DNA from: Gekko japonicus
Lineage: Eukaryota
Length of the DNA stretch: 64,000 nt
Assembly (NCBI RefSeq): GCF_001447785.1
Contig: NW_015165240.1
Span: 997,049 to 1,061,048 of the forward strand
Direction: 5' to 3'
Part shown: positions 49,876 through 61,914 of the stretch, piece by piece
Layout: every line of letters begins with the position of its first letter
How positions within the stretch are numbered: the stretch's first letter is position 1
Program-made: the position numbers and the translations under genes
The notes under the pieces: model-generated
Database searches by the model: none
What the model saw: only the letters and a program-made list of their open reading frames with translations
Told to the model about the DNA's origin: nothing

Positions 49876-50844
49876 TGGAGAGGTTTTGTCAGTTGGCTTC
49901 AGACTGCCGGTAAGAATGCCCAAGGACCTGTGGCAAATTGGAGGGCTGAGGCCAACAGGGCAATGGGCTTAGCTCTTGCCCCCAGCACACGTCGGGCTTA
50001 TATGAGAGCGGGCCAGCAGTTTGTGGCATTTAGGCAGCAGGAGAGCCTTCAACAGCTCTGGCCTATCCTGGTGTCACATCTGATTCAATTCTGCATGTCA
50101 TTGAAAGGTAAGGGTTTGTCTGTCCGTTCCATCCGGGGCAAACTATCAGCCCTGGCCTTTGCAAGCAAGGCCGAAGGTTTTAAGGATGACACTGGTGATT
50201 TCCAAATCAGAAAGATGTTGGAAGGCTGGGCCCAGGAAGATGGGATGCCTTGGGATATGAGGGAACCATTTTTCACCGCTGTTCTTAAGGGTTTGAGACC
50301 CCAATGGGCTTCCTTGTGTGCAGATGCATAAGAGACTGCCTTGTTTCATGCAGCTGCCCTGGTTGCATTCTTTGGGGCCCTGAGAATTTGTGAACTGGTG
50401 GTCCGATCCTGACAAGATAGGTCTGGATACGCACTTTGCCTTAGGGACGTTCAGTTTAGTGGGAATAGCCTGCATATTACAGTTAGGCGTTCTAAGACGG
50501 ACCAATTACGGAAAGGTGTAGTGGTGTCAGTGGGTCCTTGTTTGGATCAGGACCTTTGTCCTGTCACTGCACTCTGTTCCTACTTGGCTCTGAGAGGTGG
50601 GAGTGAAGGTTTTCTATTCCTACATAGGGATGGATCTCTATTAACAAAATTTCAGTTTTGGGCAATTACCAAGAGAGCTGTGGAGGCTTTGGGTCTTGGT
50701 AGTTTTCAGTTTGGCACTCATTCTTTTAAAATCGGGGCGGCTTCCACTGCTGCAGTTATGGGGTATCTGGCAGCTGACATTCAGAAACTTGGCAGGTGGA
50801 AGTCAGCACGCTACAAGATGTATGTCCAGACCTGCAAGGTTTAG
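49876..50844 (+). pseudogene. Ngaro tyrosine recombinase
   Basis: LAPSTRRAY, AFFGALRICEL, RRSKTDQ, LCPV, THSFKIGAAS, LGRWKSARYKMYV. Confidence 0.92.
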
Positions 50845-50940
50845 GCTTACCTGCCTTAAGCTTAGTATGACGGGGAGGATCCTTTCTTGTTCTGCCTGGA
50901 TGCCCTCCCCCCTTTGTTGTTAACTTGGTTCTTGTTTTAG

Positions 50941-51542
50941 GTGCTGCTGGTTGCCGTGGAAAGAGCTGGGTGCTTATCTGCGGCCTCAGCATGGTGCTTT
51001 GGGCCGCTCACTGAGCCAAGAGAACACACATTGGTTCCCAGTTGGGTTGCAGTGAGCGGGTTAAGGTCAAGTGGCTTGGCCGAAGAGGCATGCACTGGCC
51101 TGCGCTTATGCCGCTTTTGTTTGTGGAGAGGTGTGGTTTTCCTCCTGACGTGATTGTAATACACCTTGGCGGTAATGACCTGGGTCTTGTCAAAGCTAAA
51201 GCCCTGGTCATTCAGGCCAAGGCTGATTTGGCAGACATTGCTGACTGGTGGCCTGGGGTGCAACTGGTCTTGTCTGCAATGTTGCCATGCCAGGTGTGGC
51301 GTAGTCTAGGGGACCCTAAGTGCTTGGACTAAGTGAGCTGAAATGCCAGTCGGCAACTTAGAAATGCCATGGAGGGCAGTTCAAGACTCTTTTTGTTGCA
51401 CCCTGATATATGGGTCGAGTTAATGGACCTGCATAGGGGGGACGGGGTGCACCTCTCTAACAAGAGCAACAATATATTTCTTGCAGATTTGAGGTGAGGT
51501 GTGCTGTTGGTGCTGGATCACTTGGTGGGGGTGAAGGCCTAA
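50941..51542 (+). pseudogene. SGNH/GDSL hydrolase (esterase) ORF of the Ngaro element
   Basis: One frame carries VLICGLS (block I), GRRGM (II), HLGGNDL (III) and DGVHL (V). Four in-frame stops (three TGA, consistent with CGA decay) and no frameshifts. Confidence 0.85.
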
Positions 51543-51633
51543 GCAGAGGCTTGGTCTTTACTATGGTGGGGTAGCGCAATCAGGAAGGTGAAAATGGTGA
51601 GTGCCTGGGCATTGTTATAAAGGAATTAAAGGG

Positions 51634-51681
51634 TCCAAGAACGGCTCCAAGAACAGCTCCAAGAACGGCTCCAAGAACAGC
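51634..51681. repeat. 12-bp tandem repeat x4 (tccaagaacRgc)
   Basis: Directly visible. Confidence 0.9.
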
Positions 51682-52074
51682 TTTCGGACCTTTGCAGCTC
51701 AAGGCTGGGAAGGGGTGATCTTCCTTAGAACAATCTGGCCTGGCCTATTTTAGCAGGCCTTGTGGCTTTTGGGGTTGTGGGCCAGGGGGCTCCTAAATAT
51801 GCCAAGCTGCTGGTCGAGAGCTACCTTCATGGCTCGAGATCGGGGCAGGTGCATCGTCCAGAAGTACATTTCAGCACCCCCTCACTAGTTGTTTGATTAT
51901 AAATAGTTAATAAAGTGGCCCTTGTTAAATCCATATTGGTGTCCATCTCTTTATTCCGACTGTGGTGGCAATGTCATATTCTGCCGTATTTTGAGTTCTC
52001 ATAAGTATTCAATTATGTACATATCTTCAGAGTAGAATTATGAGATTGCTTGGCATGAACTCATGAAGGTCTTA

Positions 52075-52220
52075 CCCATGATTCCTCTCCCTCTTCTGGG
52101 CATAGAGCAGGGGTCACTGGAGGTGTGGAGGGGGAGGTATTTGTGAATTTCCTGCATTGTGCAGGGAGTTGGACTAGATAACCCTGGAGATCCCTTCCAA
52201 CTCTATGATTCTATGATTCC
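52075..52220 (+). mobile_element. CR1 3' end fragment
   Basis: ttggactagat...cccttccaactctatgattctatgattc tail. Confidence 0.8.
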
Positions 52221-53217
52221 AACTGAGTTTTAAGTATTTTTCCATGCCTCATCACACTTTCTAGATAGTTCACACACTCTCTATACTGAAGTCAATAGAC
52301 GTAGAAGGTGTAACTTTGCTTAGGATGGTCCTGTGTGACTCACAGTTGTCTTTTCTATGTCTGACAAGGGTTTTTTGTGAATAAAAAAATTCACAGCCAA
52401 AGGAAATTACAACATAAAATATTCACTTCCAGCCCTGAGCCTACAGCAACCTTTGTGGCCAAAAATACCAGTGTTCCTTCCCCATCAGACAATTGTTCTT
52501 TTAACACTTTTAGAACAAAAATTAAGGGCACGAGATCCCCCTTAGATTTCATTTCATTTTGTGCTTTGTCTAGGAGTCACAAGATTATAGTTTCCATCAA
52601 AACAAAATGTCTTAGCTCCAAAGCCACTTGCAATACATACCTTAGCTGATTGTAGCATAAATCTACAGTTAAATTAAGCAAGAGGGGAAGAGATTTTATG
52701 TTCTACATTTATTTAGGAACTAAGTTTGGAAAGGTTTGCCTTTTCATTTCTCTGTTTAAGGAGAGCAGTATTCAGTGATCTAAACATACTTGTACTTGCA
52801 TAAAAAGAGGTGGAGAAAAAAACCACGATTGAAATGTTGTAGATGGAAAAATGAAGTTACAAACTGTTCAAAGTGGACTTTAATTGCTCTTTGATAGTAC
52901 TAAACAGAGCTTATTGGGTGAGATGCAAGGGCATAATGATTTTTGAACTGCACTATTGCTTAGGGATTTGTGTGTATAATTCATCTTATGCACGGATTAA
53001 CACTCAGTGCTATATGCTTCCCCTCTGTACTTGATTCATGCAGGTCAGCACTCTCCTAAATTATCTCACCACATCTGGACAAAAGGCCAGATCCTTACTG
53101 GATGTAAAATAACTTACTTCATATGAAATGGTTACAATTATACCACTGTATGTTCACAACGGTACACCAGCTTGGAGCAATCGGTCCATCTCTTTCAGAA
53201 TATAGTTCCCTTTAGAT

Positions 53218-53417
53218 CAGCGGTTCTTAACCTGTGGGTCACGACCCCAGTTTGGGGGTCGAACAACCCTTTCACAGGGATCGCTTAAGACCATCGGAAA
53301 ACAGTAGCAAAATTACAGTTATGAAGTAGCAATGAAAATAATTTTATGGTTGGGCGTCACCACAACATGAGGAAATGTATTAAAAGGTTGCGGCATTAGG
53401 AAGGTTGAGAACCACTG
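53218..53417. mobile_element. SPIN/URR1-family non-autonomous hAT
   Basis: TIR cagcggttcttaacct / aggttgagaaccactg; body aacagtagcaaaattacagttatgaagtagcaatgaaaataattttatggttgg; perfect 8-bp TSD ctttagat. Confidence 0.92.
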
Positions 53418-55249
53418 CTTTAGATATTTTAAGAGGAATTATACCCCTGACCATTTTTAGAGGGGAGTCACATGTACAGCAATCCTCAGAGATCTGTGAG
53501 ACTCAAGACATGCACAACCTTTAGGCATACACTAAATGTTTTGTGGATGAGAAAAGACCTGTGCAATTAACTCCCTCCCATCCTGGTGTTATGCCCTGCA
53601 GACAGTGGGTGGAGAGCAACCTGGATGACAGTCACATAGGTCAAGCCTTCTCACGTTAAGCAGATTTTTAAAATGGGACAAATCTACACATTGAGAATCT
53701 CTCCTTTTTAGATCTATGCCTTTTGTTGAGTTCATCCTCCCCCTACTACACACCATCAATGTCTCTTCCCAGACTTTTCTTTTTCCTGCATATTTCCATG
53801 TCTCTTTGTTAGCCGCCCTGAGCATTCAGGGACAGCGGGATATAAATCCAAAAAATAAATGAAATAAATAAATGCCTCTCTAGCTGCATCATCTTTTCCC
53901 CTCAGCAGTGCTCCAAGGCTGAGTGGACACATCAGGCAGGGACTGCCTAGTTTGTTGGCATCATGGATAGGATTCTGGTCAGGATAGGATTCTAGTCAGC
54001 AGGCACCTATGTAGAGACATGGTTACAACCCCTTTTGTAGGCTAATCAACTGATATTCCCACCTCCATGAACTGGTCTGGCCCCCTGTTTATGTGTTTTA
54101 ATTGAATTATTTTATCATTTTAAATGTATTTTAATTGCTCCAAAATAATTTTTTAATGTTTGCTACCTTGTGTAAAGGCAACAAAAATGGTTTATATAAA
54201 TAAATTAATTTACATTTTATTTTACAGCATTTGCAGTCTACCTTTCTCAAAAAGTTAAGGCAGTGATTAAGTGCAAGCTGCATGAAGAATCCTCCATTTC
54301 CCCTTAATTGCTGATAGAAGAATTTATATTTTAGTGTTTGTTCCAATGACAGAAGAACATATGAACATGAAAGTCTCTTTTGTTCAATGCACAGAATACT
54401 GGAAGCAATTAACATTTATTATAGAGATAATAAAGATATCCCAAAGTTTAAATGATTGCAGTTGTTGTGGAATAGTATCATATGGAGAATCATTCCTTTT
54501 GTCAGAAACATTTCCTGCACTTAAAAATATTGATTGACTTTGGCACAGTAGTGCAAAGATTTATAAGGCCTGAATTGAATTGTTAATGTATTTGAATACA
54601 AATCTGATAGAAGAATACAGTTAAAACCAGATTCTCTGTTTGTTCAATTCTAACATGACAACAAACCCTCACAGGTGTTTGAGACTTGACTTTCTGATTC
54701 TATACTTTGAAGTATGTTGAGGAGGAAAAAATCTGCCACAAGAACAGGCACTGATCCAACTATGATTGGCAGTTTGTTGTAGGCGACACTGCAGTGGATT
54801 AGTGGTGTGACTATAGTAGATGACTGTATAGGTTGTGTGTATGTCTATGTGGCTTCTTTCAAAGTTATTCCAAAGCTTTGCCCAAGGAGAAACATCAAAT
54901 ATATTCAACAAAAACCTGCTGACAACCATAAGATGGAAGGACATCCATTCCAAAAGAATTTCACTAGCCTTCTCAACAAATACATAGGCAGGGGTAATCT
55001 AGTAGGGATTAAATACATAGGTTTACAAAAAACTTTTCACAAAATAAAACTTGACTCCTTGGCTGTTATAGGATAAGAAGTCAGGACCACTTATCAGTAA
55101 AGTATTTACTTCCTCCACAATGGGGATAGCTGGTTACAGATTGGTGGTTGTGGAAAGTGCTGTCAAGTCACAGCTGGTTTCAGGCCAGTAAACATGGCCA
55201 GAGGGAAGAGTGGGTGGAAGAGGCTGAGGGGGGGGGGAGCCGCAGACCA

Positions 55250-55490
55250 GCACATCTGCCTCCAAGAGTCCCCCAAGCTCGCCTCAGCTGATCCCCTTGA
55301 ATACTGGTAATGCAAGGCCATCATCAGGGCCGACCTCTCTTGCATGGCCATGAATCGCCTCTCCGGCCCTCCCACCAGCATACAGAATAAGCAGGTATTC
55401 TCCCACCTGGGAGACCTTCTCAGTCCTCACTGCTCCCACATGGACCCAGCCAGGATGGACAGGCTGGCCTTCCTAAAAGTCAACCTCCCC
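55250..55490 (+). pseudogene. hAT transposase C-terminal dimerisation domain relic
   Basis: DPLEYW*...DLS.MAMNRLSGPPTSIQNKQVFSHLGDLLSPHCSHMDPARMDRLAFLKVN matches the hATC pattern (PxTSxxSERxFS...FLKxN). Confidence 0.75.
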
Positions 55491-55854
55491 ACTTGGCCAC
55501 CCTGCTGTAGACCTGCTGGAGTAAGATCCAGGCCTCCAGTGTTGTCCCCCTTGTGTCCCCTCCCCTATTCCTTCTTCTCTCTGTGTGATCCAGCATATGG
55601 CTCATGGGTTGCACCTTGGTGCTTGGGTGGGAGAATGGCCGTTTCTACCGGATGGGGTCTGGCTTGCCCCCAAGCCAACCCAAACAACATCTACCTCAAA
55701 CATTTACCTCATGAACCAACATCAACCTAATAATAAAACATCTACCTCATGAACCAACCAACATCTACCTCATAGCACAACACCTATCGCATGGAATGAC
55801 GTCCACCTCAGCAAACATCAGCCTGTACAAGCAAACCTGTTGACTACCATGAGT

Positions 55855-57103
55855 AGTCCTTGAGCATTTAGAAAGGACGGCTGTGATTATCAAGAGCCAG
55901 AATGGGTTTCTCAAGAACAAGTCATATCAGACTAACCTTATCTCTTTTTTTGAGAAAGTTACTACCTTGTTGGATTCAGGGGAATGCTGTAGACATAGTT
56001 TATCATGATTTCAGTAAAGATTTTGATAAGGTTCCAGTAGAAGGTTCCAAATACAGTAGAAGACCGAGTCAGGATACAGGATGATCTTGACAGGCTGGAA
56101 AACTGGGCTAAAACAAATAAAATGAATTTCAATGGGGATAAATGTAAAGTTCTGCATTTAGGTAGGAAAAATCAAATGTATAATTATAAGATGGGGAAGA
56201 CTTGTCTTGGTAGTAGTATGTGTGAAAAGGATCGAGGGGTTTTAGTACACCATACACTGAACATGAGTCAACAGTGTGATGCGGTAACTAAAAAGGCAAA
56301 TGTGATTTTTGGGCTGTATCAACAGAAGTATAGTGTCCAGATCATGCAAAGTGATGGTATCACTTTACTCTGCTCTGGTTAGACTTCACCTAGAGTATTG
56401 TGTTCAGTTTTGGGCACCATAATTTAAGAAGGATCTAGACAAGCTGGAATGTGTCCAGAGGAGGGCAACAAAAATGGTGAGGGGTCTGGAGACCAAGTCC
56501 TATGAGGAAATATTTAAGGAGCTGGGTACGTTTAGCCTGGAGAGGAGACAACTGAGAGGTGATATGATAACCATCTTCAAGTACTTGAAGGACTGTCATA
56601 TAGAAGACAGTATGGAGTTGTTTTCTGTTGCCCCAGAAGGTCAGACCAGAACCAACACGTTGAAATTGAATCAAAAGAGTTTTTGGCTAATCATCAGAAA
56701 GAACTTCCTGACAGTTAGACCGGTTCCTCAGTGGAACAGGCTTCCTCAGGAGGTGGTGGGCACTCCTTCTTTGGAGGCTCTCAAACAGAGGCTACATGGT
56801 CATCTGGCAGCAATGCTGATTCTGTGAACTTAGGCAGATCATGAGGGAGGGCAGGAAGGGTTGCCTCAGTGCTTAGTTCTTGTGAGCTTTTCTTACATCC
56901 CTAGGGAAATGCTGATCACCACTTTGGGGTCAGGAAGCAATTTTTCTCCAGGCTGGAACTCCTGGAGGGTTTTTTTTTAATCATCTTCTGGGCATGGAAC
57001 AGCGGTCAACAGGGGTCTGGGGGAAAGGTATTTGTGAATTCCCTGCATTGTGCAGGGGGTTGGACTAGATGACCCTGGAGTTCCCTTCCAACTCTATGAT
57101 TCT
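55855..57103 (+). mobile_element. CR1 LINE 3' portion with an internal deletion
   Basis: VDIVYHDFSKDFDKVP, FNGDKCKVLHLG, RRQLRGDMITIFKYLK, WNRLPQEVV; ctctatgattcta tail. Confidence 0.92.
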
Positions 57104-57349
57104 ACCCCTTTCCACTGCATTTGTACAATTCACAATCACAACAGATGATCTCTTATTTGTACAATGTGTTCCACAAATGGAACCCAGAATTTTCACCTAG
57201 GGGAGCTTTGAATTTGGGTCTCAGGGGGCCAGGGTGTGTTCTGGGCATGCTTCTTTCCTTGCGGTGTGTGGCTGCCCTGACGTCATTGTGGGAAGCCCGT
57301 CGAACCTCCGGGAATGCCTGGTTCATGTATCTGCAGAGTAAAAGTATTT

Positions 57350-60300
57350 GCCACGGTGGATGGGTGCGCTCTGGACCCAGGTTCAGAGCTGAATAATACA
57401 CCCCTGTTGGTGGGTATGCTCTACACCTGTCTGTCCCTGCCCTAGCTAGTGGGTGTCTCAGCCAAGTACTCACATTTATTATACCCTTCCAGCTGCTGTG
57501 GGGGTACTTTTGGGAGCCCCCATCAAAACTCTGGTGGTGCCCGCCTTTCCATCTGTTCTTTGATCACTGGCTGCATTTGTTAGCCAGGGGAGGGGGGGGC
57601 TGTGAATGGATGGGTGCTCTCTGGTCCCAGGTGCAGAGTCAAATGATATACACTTGCCGGTGGATGTGCTCTGTACCTGTGTGTTTCCACTCTACCTTAA
57701 GGGTGCCTCTGTGGGGGTACTTTTGGGAGCCTCCATCAAAACTCTGGTGGTGCCTGCCTTTTCATTTGTTCTTTGTCCACTGGCTGCATGTTTCAGCCAT
57801 GGGGGGTGCTGTGAGCAGATGGGTGCCCTCCAGATCCAGGTACAGAGATGAATAATACACCCCCATTGATGGGTGTGCTCTGAACCTTTCTGTTCCCCCC
57901 TACCTAATGGGTGCCTTGGCTGAGTAACCACAGCCATTACATGCTCCCTGCTGCCATGGGCGGTACTCTGGTGAGCCCCCATCAGAAGTTTGGGGGTGCC
58001 TGCCTTTTCATCTGTCTTTTGGGTACAGGTTGCATGTGTCAGCCAGGGGGGGGGGTGTGAGTGGGTGGGCGCGTTTTTGTCCCAGGTGCAGTGTCAAATA
58101 ATACACTCTCATCAGTGGGTGGACTCTGCACCTCTTTGTTTCTGCCCTAGCTAGTGGGTTCCTCGGCCACATTCATTATACCGTCTGTGACAGATTGCAC
58201 ACAAAAGCAGGCTTTTTAAAATGCTGTTTGTGTCAGAGAGTCAGGGAGTTCATGAGTTAATCTTCCCTGGAGAGAAGAGCTTATGTGATTGGCTGCTCTA
58301 CTCTCTCTCTGATTGGCCATCATCAGGTGAGAGTGGAAATAGAACAGCTGATCAGGAGGCAAAAGATGTTTTTCACCTTTTGGTCTTTGTTTTGAAATCT
58401 TATGTCTCCAAAAGGATCAGTAGCCAAAGGATTTGGCTTCTAAGGGAAAAGACATTTGGGAGTCAGTATTTTCTGACAGGCAATAGTCGGAAAAGTACTT
58501 TTACAGAGAGAAGAAGGGAAACCCCATTGTCTAAATATATTAAAACTGCTCTGAGGGAGAATTTAGATTCTCAGTAAGGAAAGCTCCAGATAAGCCTTAT
58601 ACAAAGGATACTGACGAAGGATTTTGCAAAAGTTCTGGGATGTTAGAGTGGAATCCTATTCAAGGCAAACAGTAAAAAGATAACAACTTCCTTTCAGTGA
58701 AAGGGGTTGGGAAGAGAGCCCTGGTCTGTGATAAAGGGGAGAAGCTTAGACACCTCAGGAGTTAGTGAAAAAGTATAATATCTACAGGAAAACCTAGAAA
58801 TCTGAAGGAAGAAATCTAGAAACTAAGCAAATGCTGTCCTCCAGAAGAAACATTACTAAGAACTGTGTTAGTGCTGAAATATACCAAACAAAGCACCTCT
58901 CAAAGAGAAAAATACACTCTTGGATGTTCTAAGAATTCAGCTCTGTATATATCAAAAAGCTTTTACCTCAGCAATCTCAAAACCTTGAATACCCCTATTA
59001 TAACCTATTATAACCCTGCCTGTGTGAAAGGGGGGGGCAGAGGTATATTCGAAGATGTTTTCGAAGATGTTCTGAATCTCTCATGGAAAACACCTAAGCT
59101 TACATGCAGCAGAAATTCTTAAAATTCTTTGTACCACACAGAGCTTGCGTTAAGAGCTACACGGTAGATAACGGACAGGCGTTGGCAAAAAATAGATTTT
59201 AGCTAGGTGAAAAACAGACCCACCCAGGTAACGGAAAAATACTGAGAAGAACAAGGATGGGCCATGAAAAGGGGGGGGAGGCTCTGGGCAGGGGGAAGTT
59301 CTGATTGGAAACAGGTAGATTGTGAGGGGGGTGGCCAACCGGTTGCCCCAGCCAGCTAGGGGGTATAAATCTTTATGTACTGCGCCACAGCTTCAGAGAC
59401 GCTGGGGAACTGCTCTCCAGATTCTCTCCATGACTTGCAATTCATGCTTCAATAAAAGCTGTACTTGATAGAGCCTCCGTGTTGGATTTTCCTGCTTGAC
59501 TCGTGTCCGGTTAATTAAACATGTATCAGTGTAATAAAAATTTTATTCTGTTTTTGAAAGTTAATTTGCCTCAACTGCCATTTCACAAGGGTTCATAAAA
59601 CAGGACCAGCTCCTATCTTTCCCTCAAGTTCCTGTACTGGGTCTAAAGCCTAAACCAATATCTAAACAAAGGGTGGGACAGTTTCAAGTTTATATAAAAG
59701 AGAAAGAGAAGATATACATGCTACTGTAGGGCAACTCAGTCACTGAGGGGAACTGAAGATTTGGTGGGAAAAATCTGTCAGACAGTTGGGGAGATACAGG
59801 GGTCCATCATATCATCCCAGCTGCCTTGGGGGTACTTTTGGGAGCCCCTGTTAAAATTCAGGGGATGCCTGGTCTGCCTTTCTGACCCTCCTAACGTGTC
59901 TTTTTTAGACTTCAGGGGCAGCCCTGCCAGCTTCACATATGTTTCCACTTATCCACGGATTAGGAGTATTTGCTGTGGTGGATGGGTGCACTCCAGACCT
60001 AGGTGCAGAGTTGAACAAAACATCCCTGTTGGTTGGTGTGCTCTGCAGCTGTTTGTTTCCACTCTAGTTAGTGCGTACCTCAGCTGAATACCTTTCCATT
60101 TGTCTTTCATAAACTGGCTGCGTGTTTCAGTCCTTTGAACAACCACATCTGCTTCCTTATCTGTGAGTTTAGTGTCTCTAGAACCCCAGGGGTCTATTCA
60201 ATACACTCCTGAACCTGCACCTCATCTCCCCAGAAAACACTTTCCCGGGGGCACGGCCTGGGGGGGGGGGTAACTTGAACCTGGAAAATTCAATCCTTAT

Positions 60301-60688
60301 CAAACTTGGAGGGCCGGTAGTGAAGCATTAGCCAGAGACACACTGTGAGTTTGGTGTCTCAAGCATACCAGGGGTCTATTCAATATACTCCTGAACCTGC
60401 ATCTCATTTCCCCAGAAAGCACTTTCCTGGGGGGCCCTCCTTTGGGGACATGTAACCTTGACCCTGTAAATCCAATCCTTACCAAACTTGGAGGGCAGGT
60501 AGAAGAGAGATAACCAGAAATACACTGTGAGTTTGGTGTCTCTAGCTTTCCAGGAGCCATCCTGCCACATCATGAACTTCTTGAACTGGTTCAGGTCATA
60601 CGAACAGTCTTTTTTTGTCTGTGATGGTCTGTGTTCGGTCCCTGGATGTGCCATGAACCATGAACTGAACCACATTCTGCCCATCCTT
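57350..60688. repeat. ~190-bp and ~180-bp tandem subterminal arrays, probably of the same large hAT element; interrupted by LTR(s)
   Basis: Recurring ggggtacttttgggagccc units (about 57500, 57715, 57960, 59830); duplicated unit at 60165-60345 / 60345-60545; ends cccatcc. Confidence 0.6.
58186..59810 (+). mobile_element. LTR-like insertion, with a younger LTR-like piece at ~59130-59521
   Basis: Starts tgtgac and interrupts the tandem unit; the inner segment is CpG-richer with TATAAA (~59364) and AATAAA (59451); TSDs degenerate. Confidence 0.45.
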
Positions 60689-61429
60689 ATTCTTAATTCC
60701 TCTGACAGCTACCTAAGTTTAGTCTTGATATACATTGGCATATGCGGGTGAGGGGCCGGTGCATAATAGTTACACAGATACAGAGATAATGACAACAGAA
60801 CTGGTAACATGTAAAGATGAGCACTCACAAATGGAAGAAATGGCAGGATCCACAGCAAGTAACAACATGGTGCTACTACCCCTGCTCCATTTCATGTGTA
60901 TCCTTAGACACATGTGAACTCTCTAACTCTCTGGAGTACTCAGAGAGCATTTGCCATAAATTAAGCTCAATGTCAGGGGGAAACCTCTTCCAGGTTCCAT
61001 AGCCTAGCTAGTCTTGAAAACTAGTGTACTTGCCAATTAGTGGGAGCAAAATGTGTGGCTTGAGAATCTTAACCTGGATAGTGGACAAGCAAGCTTTAAG
61101 TGTCCCTAGTAAGATACCAGTAACTGTGAATCAGCCAGATATTTTCTAAAACAAGGCCCAGATTTATTTAGGGAAATATAGGGGTACAGGAATTGAAAGG
61201 CACTAAGCAAATAGTGAAATAGTTCTGTCCAGAAAGATGTATATATATAGAGTGAACTGGGAGGAGAGAAAGAGAAAGTAAAGCCATAGGCTGAGCAAGA
61301 TTGCTGTACTAGGAAGTGGCCATGAAGAGAATAAGGAGAGTGGAGGATCTAAAGAAGGAGAAAGAAGAGAGAAAGTTAGTAAATAAATGAAAAACTCCAA
61401 GTCCAGTAACAGAAAAGGGGTTTTCCTAG

Positions 61430-61699
61430 CCAGTTTGGTGTAGTGGTTAAGTGTGTCGACTCTTATCTGGGAGAACTGGGTTTGATTCTCCACTCCTCCA
61501 CTTGCAGCTGCTGGATGACCTTGGGCAAGCCATAGTTCTGTCAGAGCTGTTTTCTCAGAGACAGCTCTGGAAAGAGCTCTCTTAGCCTCACCTACCTCAC
61601 AGGGTGTCTGTTGTGGAGAGGGGAAGGGAAAGGAGTCTGTAAGCTGCTTTGAGACTCCGAGTGAAGGGTGTAGTATAAATCCAATCTCTTCTTCTTCTA
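61430..61699 (+). mobile_element. tRNA-derived SINE (Squam3-like)
   Basis: Same family as 8548-8823. Confidence 0.8.
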
Positions 61700-61914
61700 T
61701 CCTCACTCTGCTGAGCTGGGTCTGTTTAGCCCAGGGGTCCCCAACATGGTGCCTGTGGGCACCATGGCACCCACCAACAGCTTTCGTGGCACCCACCAAG
61801 TGTTTTTAGATGGTGGGTGGGGCTGCTGCCTAATAGGGCTTCTGATTGGCCGCTCATTTAATATCTGATTAGCTACACAGATTAAAACAACATTGTTTCA
61901 GCTGCACTTGCCCC

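Larger units (their letters stand above)
45665..51974 (+). mobile_element. Ngaro-type tyrosine-recombinase retrotransposon with an SGNH hydrolase ORF, decayed
   Basis: ORF1-RT-RH-YR-SGNH order; no MT domain and no ITRs; CAATGT at both junctions (45665-45670, 51969-51974); AATAAA at ~51909. Confidence 0.9.

Noticed and set aside
51634-51681. Short direct repeats resembling a CRISPR-like array
   Set aside because: Head-to-tail 12-mers with no spacers, inside a eukaryotic retroelement 3' region.
6101-54318. Other isolated exon-like segments (e.g. +6101-6211, -8120-8183, ~-43389-43458, ~-52641-52662, ~-54242-54310)
   Set aside because: Plausible AG/GT ends, but no recognisable homology and no phase-linked neighbours; cannot be told from chance without transcript data.
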